Shown: positions 1 through 9,906, counted from the first letter of the stretch. The stretch is 64,000 bases of DNA from Promethearchaeia archaeon (GCA_029856145.1 JAHQWK010000001.1:480001-544000), one strand, 5' to 3'. Translations and numbers: made by a program. Notes: generated by a model from the letters alone, not told the origin.

Positions 1-1
1 C

Positions 2-94
2 ATAAATCTGAATTGACATTGGAACTTGAGGATATGGAATAAAATCTGGAAATGTAAACAGAAAACCTCTACTTCCTATTTTTTGTACTTTCAT
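2..94 (-). CDS. 5' end of a gene running off the window edge, probably a metallo-beta-lactamase-fold hydrolase
   Basis: My own translation from the ATG at 94 gives MKVQKIGSRGFLFTFPDFIPYPQVPMSIQIY, open to the edge. It resembles MBL-fold N-termini, but no catalytic motif is visible. Confidence 0.45.
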   Translation of the reverse strand, partial: MKVQKIGSRGFLFTFPDFIPYPQVPMSIQIY

Positions 95-286
95 AAATAC
101 GAAAAATATAATGTCAATATATACTTTTATCATTAGCATTTCAATATTCAAATAATTAAGTTAGGAGAAGTTTTAGTTTATAATTAAAATGAATTTGTAG
201 ATTTATTTCATTTAGAAGTTATTTTATTATTTTGAATCTTTACCAATCATGTAAGAAATAAAAAAAACATTGTACTCAATTTTTCT

Positions 287-1744
287 ATGACTAAAATTAA
301 TAATATTTTAAGTGAAGCATTAAAAGAAATTACCCCTACTCCAGAAGAAATAATTCTAATTAAAAATATCTCTGAGAAAATAAAGAGGGTATTACATAAA
401 AAAGCAATAGAATTAGATATTAATTATACAAAAATAGAACCTCAAGGATCAACTGGAATCAAACAAACACAGTTAAAAAATGATTTTGATATTGATCTTT
501 TTATTGGATTAGATTATAACCAGTATAAACCTAAATATGAAGGTTTGAGTAAAAGTAAATTAAGAAAAGAGTCAAAAAAAGATTTTTTAGCACTATGTAA
601 CAATTGGATTCTACAAAGTTTGACTTTAGATGAATTCCATAATCCTCGTCTCTTATACGCAGAACATCCATATGTAACGGTAGATTACCTTTTAGATGAT
701 ATTAAAGTGAAAATTGATATCGTTTTATATTTTGTTCTAGATTTAGAATTCATTAAAAAGAATGGTCCTATCACTGCAGTTGATAGATCTCCTTGGCATG
801 GATGTTTTGTAAGAGATGAATTAAATTCTGACCAAAAAAATGATGTAAGGCTTTTAAAACAGTTCTTTAAGTCTTGTTATAGTTATGGTGATAAGAGCCC
901 AGTAGGAAAAGTAGGTTTCATAGGTTATAGCGCTGAGTTATTAATCTATTACTTTAATAATCTTATAAATCTATTTGAGAATTTTAATGAGTTGAACAAA
1001 AAACCACTAGATTACTATAAAAGAAATGAGAAGGAATTAAGTAAAATTATCCATTTTCAAAATGATTATCTCATTATCATAGATCCGATCGATAAAAATA
1101 GAAATGTTGCTTCTGCAATATCTGAAAAAGCATATAAATATTGTAATCAGAAAGTTAGTGAATTTTTAAAACAACCAAGTCCAGAATTTTTTATCATTAA
1201 ACCGATTCCTGAAGCAGATTTATCAAATAAAGAAGACGTAATGCTGTCAAAAATCTATATTATTGAATTACTAAATACTGATTTTAAAGTTCACTATACT
1301 ATCAACAGAGACAAATTATATTCTTTAGGAGAAAGTATTAAAGCTAATGGAGAAAGGGAATTTTCTCATGCTGATCGCTTTGGGAAAATTATATTTGAAG
1401 TATATTTCGAAGAAGAGAAGAACCAGTATAATCTAGCTATTTTTTGTGAAAAAACTAATATCTCCAAGACTTATATTCGTAAAGGTCCCCCAATTACAGA
1501 AGAAACACATACCATTAATTTTAAGAAAAAAAATCCAGATTATTTTGAAAAAGAAGGTTCCTTGTATGTAGAAACTCAAAGAGAATTTAATAATTTCTCT
1601 AAATTTTTAAATCAATTTCTTAAGAATAAAATTCCTGATAATTTTAACGTTGTCAATATATCAAACGCGTTTCATACAGTAAGTTCTTCAGGAAAAAAAG
1701 CCATAAATATATTGAAAAATATTATTCTACCGTTCTATATCTAA
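287..1744 (+). CDS. cca: Archaeal class I CCA-adding enzyme (tRNA nucleotidyltransferase)
   Basis: QGS...T.L..D.DID nucleotidyltransferase motif, YAEHPYV, AVDRSPWH, GFIGYSAELL and IDPIDKNRNVA. Confidence 0.93.
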   Translation: MTKINNILSEALKEITPTPEEIILIKNISEKIKRVLHKKAIELDINYTKIEPQGSTGIKQTQLKNDFDIDLFIGLDYNQYKPKYEGLSKSKLRKESKKDFLALCNNWILQSLTLDEFHNPRLLYAEHPYVTVDYLLDDIKVKIDIVLYFVLDLEFIKKNGPITAVDRSPWHGCFVRDELNSDQKNDVRLLKQFFKSCYSYGDKSPVGKVGFIGYSAELLIYYFNNLINLFENFNELNKKPLDYYKRNEKELSKIIHFQNDYLIIIDPIDKNRNVASAISEKAYKYCNQKVSEFLKQPSPEFFIIKPIPEADLSNKEDVMLSKIYIIELLNTDFKVHYTINRDKLYSLGESIKANGEREFSHADRFGKIIFEVYFEEEKNQYNLAIFCEKTNISKTYIRKGPPITEETHTINFKKKNPDYFEKEGSLYVETQREFNNFSKFLNQFLKNKIPDNFNVVNISNAFHTVSSSGKKAINILKNIILPFYI

Positions 1745-1767
1745 AATTCCATAAGCTTCAAGGATTA

Positions 1768-1800
1768 AAATAATAACATTGTAAATAATAACATTATAAA
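1768..1800. repeat. Tandem 15-bp duplication AAATAATAACATT(G/A)T x2 upstream of the EF-2-like gene
   Basis: Read directly at 1768-1782 and 1783-1797, with one mismatch. Confidence 0.7.
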
Positions 1801-1931
1801 TTTGTACTTATCGTAAAATGGTATAGATTAGTGATTTATAGCTGAAATTCAAAAAATTTTTATGATTTCCCGAATTCTATTCTTCAATTATATCATGAAT
1901 TTAATTAGAAATTTATACAAGTGAATTATTT

Positions 1932-4184
1932 ATGGTTAAAGTTAAAAACCCAGACGAAATCGCTAAACTGGTTACTTCTGGTTCATACGAAAAGAAAAGG
2001 ATTTTTAGTATCACAGCTCACATTGACCACGGCAAAACTACTGCAACTGATTATCTTCTACGTAGAGCGGGACTAATGCGACCTGAAGACGCAGGTCAGC
2101 TTCAAATGACTGATTCAGATGATGAAGAACAAGAGAGAGGAATCACAATCTTTACTTCTGTAGTACTCCTTGCATTTAATGATTCAAGAAAACCAGATGA
2201 CGAAGAACCTTATATTATCCAACTTAATGATACTCCCGGTCATATCAGTTTTACAGGGGAAGTATCTCGAGCCCTCAGAGGTTCAGACGGAGCTATTATC
2301 TTAGTAGACGCTCTTGAAGGAGTTATGACACAAACTGAAACTAATATTAGATTGTCTGTTGGTGAAGAATTTTGTAAGCCTGTTCTATTTATCAATAAAG
2401 TTGACCGTCTAATTAGTGAACTTAAATTAAGTCCCCAGCAGACCTTTGAAAAAATCGATAAAATCACAAGAGAGGTTAATGAGTTAATTAAAAAAGTAAG
2501 GCCCGAAGGATCAGATTGGAGCATTGATTTTGCTAAAAATTCCGTAGCTGTTGGCTCAGCTAAACATGGATGGGGTTTTACTTATGAAATTTTAATTGAA
2601 AATGGTTTGAAACCTCAAGATGTTTTTGCGAAATATAATGAAGGAGATATCCAGTGGTTAAGAGATAATTTACCTTTGGATGAGCCTATGTTAAGAATGA
2701 TTGTAGACCATCTTCCTGATCCTATTACAGCCTCTAAATATAGAATCCCTCATATATGGGGAGGTGACCTAAATTCCGAATTAGGTAAAGCACTTCAGAA
2801 TAGTGATTCAAACGGACCACTTTACGGAATGATTACAAAAATTTTTCTTGACCCAAAGAGGAACTATCAACCTACACTTATAGGTCGGGTTTTTTCGGGT
2901 ACGTTTAATCAAACGGATTCAATTTATCTAATAAATAGTGGTACGAGCAATCGAGTGAAGAGATTAGGTGTTATGGAAATTACGGACATTTTAGACATTC
3001 CTAAGATCCCTGCAGGTAATTTATTTGCAATATTTGGTTTTATTTGCCCTTCTGGAGAGACTTTTATGTCGAACAATGACGTACCTAAAGATAAAGAAGA
3101 AAAGAAGAGACTGCCCTCTTTCGAGAAAATACAATATGCTTGTGAAGCAGTTGTCTCCAGAAGCATTAAACCAAAAGATCCGCATGAAATTGATAAATTA
3201 GACGATGTTGTAAGCAAATGGATTCAAGCCGACCCCACAGCAGAATATAGAAGGGACGAAGAATCAGGGGAATTTATTTTATCGGGAATCGATCCATTAC
3301 AAATCGAGATTTTAGTGAAAAGGATAAATAAGCAAGTTCAGATTAATATCGGAGAACCAATCATCGTTTATAGAGAAAAAATTACAGAAAAGAGTCCAAA
3401 TTATTATACTAAATCCGCAAACACGCATAATCGTATTTTATTACACCTAGAACCATTGGATGAAACTACTGAACGTCTAATCGAAACCGGTAAAGTTAAC
3501 GATTTACAAAATGATAAAGAAAGAGCTCAAATACTTAGAGAAGAAGCCGGATGGGATGCAAAAGAAGCAAGGCGTATTGTTGATGTATATCAGGGAAGTG
3601 CCCTTGTAAATGGTACTTCTGGATTACAGAGGTTTGATCGTGTTAAATCATATTTGAGTGCTGCATTTAGAGACTGGGTCGGCAATTGTATCATAGCAAA
3701 GGAACCCGCTACGGGAATTAAAGTAATATTTACAGACATGACTATACACGAAGATACCCGCCATACGTCTTATGGTCAGATTGCTGGAATGGCTTTTTCT
3801 GCTATGTCCTTAGCGATGTTGGATGCCGCCCCTCATCTTTTTGAACCAATTCAGAGAATAGATATTAAATCACCTCAAGGAACTGAAGGAAGTGTCACAG
3901 CTATCATAACCAAGCGAAGAGGTAGAATAACTAATGTTATTCCAGAAGGAGAATACGTGAGAATTCAAGGTCAGATTCCCGCAGCGGAGACAATTGGAAT
4001 CGCTGACGATATTAGAGGTTCAACTCAAGGGCGAGCGTTTTTTGGATACGAGTTTTTGGGCTTTGAGAAGGTACCTGCAAGTTTAGAGGAAGATCTTATA
4101 ATGGATATCCGAAAAAGAAAAAATATGCCATTAGAACTCCCAAATAGAAAGAGTTGGGAGCGGTTTATTTACAAACGGACCTAA
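1932..4184 (+). CDS. Elongation factor 2 family GTPase, divergent (probable aEF-2 paralog)
   Basis: AHIDHGKTT, EQERGITI, DTPGH and NKVD are present, with the full EF-2 length. The diphthamide loop reads HEDTRHTSYG instead of HxDxxHRG. The gene is not next to uS12/uS7. Confidence 0.9.
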   Translation: MVKVKNPDEIAKLVTSGSYEKKRIFSITAHIDHGKTTATDYLLRRAGLMRPEDAGQLQMTDSDDEEQERGITIFTSVVLLAFNDSRKPDDEEPYIIQLNDTPGHISFTGEVSRALRGSDGAIILVDALEGVMTQTETNIRLSVGEEFCKPVLFINKVDRLISELKLSPQQTFEKIDKITREVNELIKKVRPEGSDWSIDFAKNSVAVGSAKHGWGFTYEILIENGLKPQDVFAKYNEGDIQWLRDNLPLDEPMLRMIVDHLPDPITASKYRIPHIWGGDLNSELGKALQNSDSNGPLYGMITKIFLDPKRNYQPTLIGRVFSGTFNQTDSIYLINSGTSNRVKRLGVMEITDILDIPKIPAGNLFAIFGFICPSGETFMSNNDVPKDKEEKKRLPSFEKIQYACEAVVSRSIKPKDPHEIDKLDDVVSKWIQADPTAEYRRDEESGEFILSGIDPLQIEILVKRINKQVQINIGEPIIVYREKITEKSPNYYTKSANTHNRILLHLEPLDETTERLIETGKVNDLQNDKERAQILREEAGWDAKEARRIVDVYQGSALVNGTSGLQRFDRVKSYLSAAFRDWVGNCIIAKEPATGIKVIFTDMTIHEDTRHTSYGQIAGMAFSAMSLAMLDAAPHLFEPIQRIDIKSPQGTEGSVTAIITKRRGRITNVIPEGEYVRIQGQIPAAETIGIADDIRGSTQGRAFFGYEFLGFEKVPASLEEDLIMDIRKRKNMPLELPNRKSWERFIYKRT

Positions 4185-4188
4185 AATC

Positions 4189-4210
4189 ATTTTTTATTGT
4201 TATTTTTTTT
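4189..4210 (+). terminator. Oligo-T archaeal terminator candidate after the EF-2-like gene
   Basis: T-tracts immediately follow the stop codon. Confidence 0.45.
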
Positions 4211-4263
4211 CATCTAAATTATATAAAGAAATTGTAGTGATCAATTATAATCAGATCTTATAA

Positions 4264-4533
4264 TCAATCTTCATCCTCTACAATAACTGCTGTTCCATCG
4301 TAAATATTGTCGTTACCTCTATATGTAAATCGAACATTAGTGATCGCATTAGCACCTAACTTATAGGCAATTTTTTTCAATTTATCTGGAGCATTAAAAG
4401 CCCATTTAGCATGTTTTTTAAAATCCGTAGCATCTTGTTTGATTTTTACCTTACATATTGTCTTAATAATCTTTTTTCCCGGGATATCATTAGTATCACT
4501 CATTATTATATCCTCCCACGCTTTTTTTCCCAT
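4264..4533 (-). CDS. YbjQ/UPF0145-like small protein
   Basis: T.DIPG.KI...LGANAI.NVRF...GTAV pattern. Confidence 0.65.
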   Translation of the reverse strand: MGKKAWEDIIMSDTNDIPGKKIIKTICKVKIKQDATDFKKHAKWAFNAPDKLKKIAYKLGANAITNVRFTYRGNDNIYDGTAVIVEDED

Positions 4534-4610
4534 CTTAACACCACTTGTATAAATGGCTTTTCATATTTATTGTAATTAATCCTATTTTAAGAACTAAGAA
4601 TTTTTAAACA

Positions 4611-4623
4611 TTGTTGTCAACAA
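4611..4623. promoter_or_regulatory. Palindrome TTGTTG-T-CAACAA just upstream of a TATA-like TTTAAA for the YbjQ-like gene
   Basis: Perfect 6-bp arms. On the minus strand it is followed by tgTTTAAAAA. Confidence 0.35.
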
Positions 4624-4703
4624 GATTGATTTAAAGAAAAAAATTAACCAAAAATCATGCAAAAAAACTAGTAAGAACGCTAATAAGAGTAACTAGCTCA
4701 AGT

Positions 4704-5276
4704 TTAAGAGAAACTTGAGATTTTAGCAATCATATATAGTTTTTTGACAAGTGTTTTAAATGCATCAGTTACTCCTTGGCCGGTCAAAGCACTCGTTTTA
4801 TAATATCCAATAAATCTATTAGCTTTAACAAATTGTTCAACATTTGCATCAGAAGTTGTCACATTTGGATTTGATGCTAAATCTCCATCGTCAACTAAAT
4901 CCACTTTATTTCCAAATAGAATTATTGGAATATTCCCACAATGCTTTTTTAGATCATCAAGCCATCTGCTAACATGAGTGTAACTTTCAATTTGTTCTGG
5001 AGCGTGAGAAAAGACAATTATCGCTCCACTACTTCCTATATAAAATCTTTGACGTAATGCCTGAAATGAATCTTGACCTGCAATATCCCAAAGAAACAAT
5101 CCCACATTCTCCCCCTCAATTACTTCTTCATATTTAGAGAATTGTGTTCCCAAGGTTGATATATACTCCTTCTGAAAGGATCCTTGAGTATATTTTTTAA
5201 TTAAAGATGTTTTCCCTACAGCTCCGTCCCCGATTATGACAACCTTGAATCCATATCCTTTTTCATCGTCACTCAT
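4704..5276 (-). CDS. Rab-like small GTPase
   Basis: GDGAVGKT, YISTLG, WDIAGQ, GNKVD and TSAL. Start placed at MSDDEKGYG (5276) by comparison with the adjacent paralog; the ORF track extends it to 5303. Confidence 0.92.
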   Translation of the reverse strand: MSDDEKGYGFKVVIIGDGAVGKTSLIKKYTQGSFQKEYISTLGTQFSKYEEVIEGENVGLFLWDIAGQDSFQALRQRFYIGSSGAIIVFSHAPEQIESYTHVSRWLDDLKKHCGNIPIILFGNKVDLVDDGDLASNPNVTTSDANVEQFVKANRFIGYYKTSALTGQGVTDAFKTLVKKLYMIAKISSFS

Positions 5277-5493
5277 TTTATTTATCCATCCTTCTAAGTA
5301 CAATATCCCTTTTTTAAATAGTAATAATCAGATGTTTTAAATTTTTACAATACAATAATTAAAAGTAATTTTAAAGAATTATACTGATGTTTAGAATTAA
5401 AAGAATTATATTATCTCTATATTTTAAAATTGAATGAAGTCTAGTTTTGATTAATAGACAGATTAGATTATTATAAGAAGTAATTATTGATTT

Positions 5494-6048
5494 TTATAGT
5501 GTAGCTCGATGATATAATTTCCTCACCAATGTTTGAAAAGCTTCTATAACACCTTGACCTGTTAGGGCACTTGTTCTGAAATATTCACTAATATTGTGAT
5601 CTTGGGCAAATTTCTTAACATGAACATCTGAAGTTTCATAATTTGGGCTAGTAGCTAACGCATCCTGATCAACTAAATCAGCTTTATTTCCAAATAATAC
5701 TATTGGTATATTCCCGCACGCTTCCTTTATATTTGATAACCACTTATCAATATGACGATAAGTTTCGATTTCTTCAGGAGCAAGAGAAAAAACAATAATA
5801 GCACCACTACTTCCCTTATAAAATCTATCGCGTAAGGTATTAAATGATTCTTGACCCGCTAAATCCCATAAAAATAATTCAACCATTATTCCACTTAAAG
5901 TCTCTTTATATCTCGAAAATTGCATACCTAAAGTCGAAATATAATCTTTTTCAAACGTGTTTGTTGTATATCTTTTAATTAGCGAAGTTTTCCCTACAGC
6001 ACTATCCCCAACTATGGTTATCTTAAAGCCAAACGCTTTATCACTCAT
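5494..6048 (-). CDS. Rab-like small GTPase (tandem paralog of 4704-5276)
   Basis: GDSAVGKT, YISTLG, WDLAGQ, GNKAD and TSAL. Confidence 0.92.
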   Translation of the reverse strand: MSDKAFGFKITIVGDSAVGKTSLIKRYTTNTFEKDYISTLGMQFSRYKETLSGIMVELFLWDLAGQESFNTLRDRFYKGSSGAIIVFSLAPEEIETYRHIDKWLSNIKEACGNIPIVLFGNKADLVDQDALATSPNYETSDVHVKKFAQDHNISEYFRTSALTGQGVIEAFQTLVRKLYHRATL

Positions 6049-6182
6049 TGTCTTAGATTAATATTTTTTTTATTATTTATTTTACTAATAGTAGAAATAA
6101 GATCTTTTAAGCCTTGCTAAAATATCAATAATAGTGTAGATTGATAAGACAATTAAATATTAATATAACAAAACTTTCTCGC

Positions 6183-6896
6183 TTAGACGTTAAACAGCTT
6201 AATTAATTGCTCAGTATTATCTACTAAAATATTAGGTTGATGTTTGCTTAATGTTTCTTTCTGAGCTAACCCACTTGCAACACACACCATTTTCACTTTT
6301 GCAGCTTTTCCCGCTTCTATATCGGTTGTCATATCTCCAATAAATATAGCTTCCGATGGGTTGATTTTCCACTTTTGTAGAATTTTAAGAATTCCTTCTG
6401 GATTTGGTTTAACTTCCGAAACATCGTTAAATCCTATAATTATACTAAAAAATTTTGTCAAATTAAACTTCTTTAAAACTTCCTCAGCATACTGGCTTTT
6501 ATTGTTTGTTAGAATAGCCATTTCCAACTTTTTATTGAAAAGATCTGATAATAATATATCTATTCCTTCAAAAATTGTAGATTCAGCTTCTTTATATTTA
6601 TTAAATTGATTAAATAAGAAAATTGCTGTTCTAATCTTTTTAAAAAAACTGATATCCTCTAAAAAATTCACTTTTAATAAGTCATATGAATTGAGCAGAA
6701 TCTTAGGTACGGGATAATTTTGGATTTCCTCAATTAGATGGGCAACTTCTTCCATTATTTCATTTCGATTAACCGTTAAGTTATATTTTTCAATAGTATC
6801 ATCAATCGCTTTCTTTATAGCCACTGTGATATCGTATATCGTTCCATCAAGATCCCATATTATCCCTTTATAATTTTCTATGCTAATTTTTTCCAT
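6183..6896 (-). CDS. HAD-IA hydrolase (phosphoglycolate phosphatase-like)
   Basis: WDLDGT, ILTN, KPNPEG and FIGDMTTDIEAG. Confidence 0.88.
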   Translation of the reverse strand: MEKISIENYKGIIWDLDGTIYDITVAIKKAIDDTIEKYNLTVNRNEIMEEVAHLIEEIQNYPVPKILLNSYDLLKVNFLEDISFFKKIRTAIFLFNQFNKYKEAESTIFEGIDILLSDLFNKKLEMAILTNNKSQYAEEVLKKFNLTKFFSIIIGFNDVSEVKPNPEGILKILQKWKINPSEAIFIGDMTTDIEAGKAAKVKMVCVASGLAQKETLSKHQPNILVDNTEQLIKLFNV

Positions 6897-6993
6897 ATTA
6901 AAGTCTATTAATATTTAGAACAATTTTAATTATACGAATATCAATAATTTAATTATACAAATATCAAGAAATTTTATTTAAAATATTTTTTTA

Positions 6994-7890
6994 ATGACAA
7001 TGAACGAAAACCAAGAAGAAGAAAGCGAAGAACAAACAATAGAAGAAAATCAATTGAAAGAAGATGATTTGGAAGCTTACCTAAGAGATATGAAAGCACT
7101 TGAATCAGATTTTTCAGATATGGAGGATCTAGACATGGATGAGCTTCAAGAGATACAAGACGCAATTGAGAAGGTTAAGGAGGGGGAAGAAATACATGAT
7201 GATGGCTTAGATAGCGATGGAATCCCTTCTGAAGAAATGCTTGTGGATGAATATAAAACTCAAGAAGAAGTTAAGGAAACCATGATCTCTGATTTTTCTG
7301 ACATGGATGAGATTGATTTTGATGAATTAAAAGAGATGCAAGAAGCCATTGAATCAGTAAAGCAAGAGGAAATAGAGGACTTAGCCACACCAGAAGGTGA
7401 AACTCAATACACTCAAGAAGTTTCTAAGGAATTAGAAGAAAGGATTAAGCAAGAGCTTTTAAAAAGAAAAAAACTAGAAGTAAAGGAAATTATTACACCT
7501 GAGAAGTTTTTAGATTATGTTAAAAATAGACGTGATAAGATATGGTACCATGCTCTTTATTATTTGGTTTTTAACGTTGAAGACTATATTGCTTCAAAAG
7601 CATTATTATATGACGTCTTAAAAGAAGTAACAAGCAAATCTCCAATTGATCCAATTCTCGAACACCAATTTTATTTTGGCTTGGGTTATCTTTTAAGGCT
7701 AACCTTGAATGATAGACAAGTTGTACGATTTCTAAGAGATGGAAAGTTTAAAATTAATGTTAATATTGATATTTTAAAAGAAATATTAGAAGAAGCTGGG
7801 GAACCAATAAGTACAAGGCCAGTTATAAAAGAAGAAGAAAAGAAAAAAATGTTTCAGGATTTTTTAGATGATAATTTTCTTGATGTCTAA
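6994..7890 (+). CDS. Hypothetical protein with a very acidic repeated N-terminus and a compact C-terminal domain
   Basis: 298-aa ORF with a D/E-rich first half containing an internal duplication. Confidence 0.8.
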   Translation: MTMNENQEEESEEQTIEENQLKEDDLEAYLRDMKALESDFSDMEDLDMDELQEIQDAIEKVKEGEEIHDDGLDSDGIPSEEMLVDEYKTQEEVKETMISDFSDMDEIDFDELKEMQEAIESVKQEEIEDLATPEGETQYTQEVSKELEERIKQELLKRKKLEVKEIITPEKFLDYVKNRRDKIWYHALYYLVFNVEDYIASKALLYDVLKEVTSKSPIDPILEHQFYFGLGYLLRLTLNDRQVVRFLRDGKFKINVNIDILKEILEEAGEPISTRPVIKEEEKKKMFQDFLDDNFLDV

Positions 7891-7914
7891 GTTTGAAATT
7901 TATTTTGTAAAAAG

Positions 7915-8553
7915 ATGAATCAAAAACCATCATTATTAATTATAGGAAATTCAAATGTAGGGAAAACTTCAATAACTAGATTATTGATGCCAAATCCTAG
8001 AAAATTTAAAGGGAAAATTGGGAAAACTCCAGGTAGCACATTATTAATAAAATCTATTACCCAAGAGAATTTACCTTATAATATAGTAGATCTTCCGGGA
8101 TTTGGGTATGTAAGTCAATCAAGTCGGAGACGGGCAGAGCATATAAAAAAGCAAATGGTAATTCATATTGAAAAGCACCATACAGATTATTTTTTTGGTT
8201 TGGTTGTAATTAATATCTTGAGGATTGAAGATGAATTAGAAAAATATTTCATTCAGAATAAGAAAACCATTCCTCTAAGCTTTGAATTAGTTAACTTTCT
8301 TAAGGAATTTCAGATTCCTCTTTTAATAATAATCAATAAAATTGATAAAGTATCTAATCTGGATAAAATCAAAAATATCAAATTATTTGTTGAATCAGCA
8401 AAAGAATATGGAATAAGCATTGTTCATTTAAATAAGCGCGAACTTAATAACAAGGAAGAAATTCCTTATTTAGATTTTTCAGCTTTAAAAAAAACAAATC
8501 TAGAAAAATTAAAAAAAATAATTCAACAATTATTAAACCAAATTAAGAGATAG
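7915..8553 (+). CDS. engB: EngB/YihA-family GTPase
   Basis: GNSNVGKTS, PGST, DLPGFG and NKID. Confidence 0.85.
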   Translation: MNQKPSLLIIGNSNVGKTSITRLLMPNPRKFKGKIGKTPGSTLLIKSITQENLPYNIVDLPGFGYVSQSSRRRAEHIKKQMVIHIEKHHTDYFFGLVVINILRIEDELEKYFIQNKKTIPLSFELVNFLKEFQIPLLIIINKIDKVSNLDKIKNIKLFVESAKEYGISIVHLNKRELNNKEEIPYLDFSALKKTNLEKLKKIIQQLLNQIKR

Positions 8554-8554
8554 G

Positions 8555-9091
8555 TCAACCTCTTTTTCTTAGAATGAAATATTTAATGATTCCTAATAAA
8601 GGATTAAGACGAGGCACTTTTGCTTTATATTTTTTATAATCTTCACCAAATTTATCAATAAGATTTTTATCCTCTGCGTAAGTCCATTGATATGTTAGAA
8701 TGAGGATGATGATGCTAAGAATTAAGCTAAGCCATATTTGAGTCCAGAATGTAATACTTATAGTAAATAATATACCTCCTAAATATTGTGGATGACGGAT
8801 TATAGCATATGGACCTCTATCTACTACCTTTGTAGTATAAAGATAACTTTTTCCCTTTTCCACAGCTCCTCGTTTTTTAAAAGTCCAAAAAGAAATAAAC
8901 CCAAAATAAAGACTAAATCCCCAAATCACATATCCTATATATAATAAAATGATAATATCTAATTCATTAAAGAATAGGAACATTAAGATTATTTGAACTA
9001 TAAAAGATATCGTAAAAATTGTCGTAAAGATAATATCCTTTAAACTAAATCTTTTCTTATTTTTTTCAGCATCAGTATCATTTTTCAGCAT
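8555..9091 (-). CDS. Isoprenylcysteine carboxyl methyltransferase/PEMT-family membrane methyltransferase
   Basis: GPYAIIRHPQYLG and ED..L...FGEDY..Y...VPR. Confidence 0.85.
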   Translation of the reverse strand: MLKNDTDAEKNKKRFSLKDIIFTTIFTISFIVQIILMFLFFNELDIIILLYIGYVIWGFSLYFGFISFWTFKKRGAVEKGKSYLYTTKVVDRGPYAIIRHPQYLGGILFTISITFWTQIWLSLILSIIILILTYQWTYAEDKNLIDKFGEDYKKYKAKVPRLNPLLGIIKYFILRKRG

Positions 9092-9169
9092 TTCTGAAAC
9101 AATATCTAAAATCTTATATATCTTCAGCTATAATTATATAATTAAAATTAAATATTTAAATTTAACTAT

Positions 9170-9179
9170 TCAAATTTGA
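9170..9179. promoter_or_regulatory. Palindrome TCAAATTTGA, candidate PadR operator between divergent genes
   Basis: Perfect 10-bp palindrome about 10 nt downstream of TTTAAA (9155-9160) in front of the padR-like gene. Confidence 0.4.
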
Positions 9180-9239
9180 CCATTTTGAAAATAGAAAAAC
9201 TAAAAAATATATATGTATATAAAGAGTTGAGGAAAATAG

Positions 9240-9878
9240 ATGCCAAAGAAAAGATATACGCCACTTAAAACATTTATTTTAGGTGTAATGAGTACAATTC
9301 CTAAACCTATGAGCGGTTATGAGCTCATATCATTAGCAAAAGCATGGCGTTATGATCATTACATTAAAGCTACAAACGCATCTTTTTATTATACGTTAAG
9401 GCAACTTTTAGGTGATAAAATCATCAAAGTAGTAGGATCTAAGCAAGAAGGTAATCGTCCCGAGCAAATTATCTATAAGTTATTAAATAAGGGTAAAAAG
9501 GAATTTCAAGAACAGATTTCTTATATTCTTAATCAAGTTCAAGAAACATTTTTTGATATAGATGCTGCAACTCCTTTTATTTTACTTTTTGGTGTAACAA
9601 AGGGAAAACAGTTTATACTAGATTCTATAGAAAAGCAAATTATTGAAAGAAGAAATTTGTTCAAGCATGCTGATGAAGGTGAAAAATTAGTTAAATCTAA
9701 TATACTCTATGATTTAAGCCCGTTTTATATACTACCTCTGAGACATTGGAGATTTCATAATAAAGCGGAAATAAAATGGCTGGAATATTTTAAAGAAATG
9801 GTTGAAAGTATTGAAAATTTTGAAGAACAGTATAATAAAATTATAAAAAAAACAATTAGCGAAGGTTTATTGGATTAA
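9240..9878 (+). CDS. PadR-family transcriptional regulator
   Basis: PMSGYEL, SFYYTLRQL, GNRPEQIIY and GKKEF, plus a C-terminal helix ending AEIKWLE. Confidence 0.85.
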   Translation: MPKKRYTPLKTFILGVMSTIPKPMSGYELISLAKAWRYDHYIKATNASFYYTLRQLLGDKIIKVVGSKQEGNRPEQIIYKLLNKGKKEFQEQISYILNQVQETFFDIDAATPFILLFGVTKGKQFILDSIEKQIIERRNLFKHADEGEKLVKSNILYDLSPFYILPLRHWRFHNKAEIKWLEYFKEMVESIENFEEQYNKIIKKTISEGLLD

Positions 9879-9906
9879 AATGGAGATTATGTCATTCTTT
9901 TTATAA

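Noticed and set aside
1768-1800. 15-bp tandem duplication as a CRISPR remnant or replication-origin repeat
   Set aside because: Only two adjacent copies with no spacer, no ORB-like G-string and no cdc6/orc1 nearby.
4704-9091. ICMT-family gene near Rab-like GTPases as a prenylation/methylation system
   Set aside because: None of the small GTPases has a C-terminal Cys or CAAX (they end SSFS, RATL, AGLL, SLDL), and this methyltransferase family is widespread in prokaryotes.
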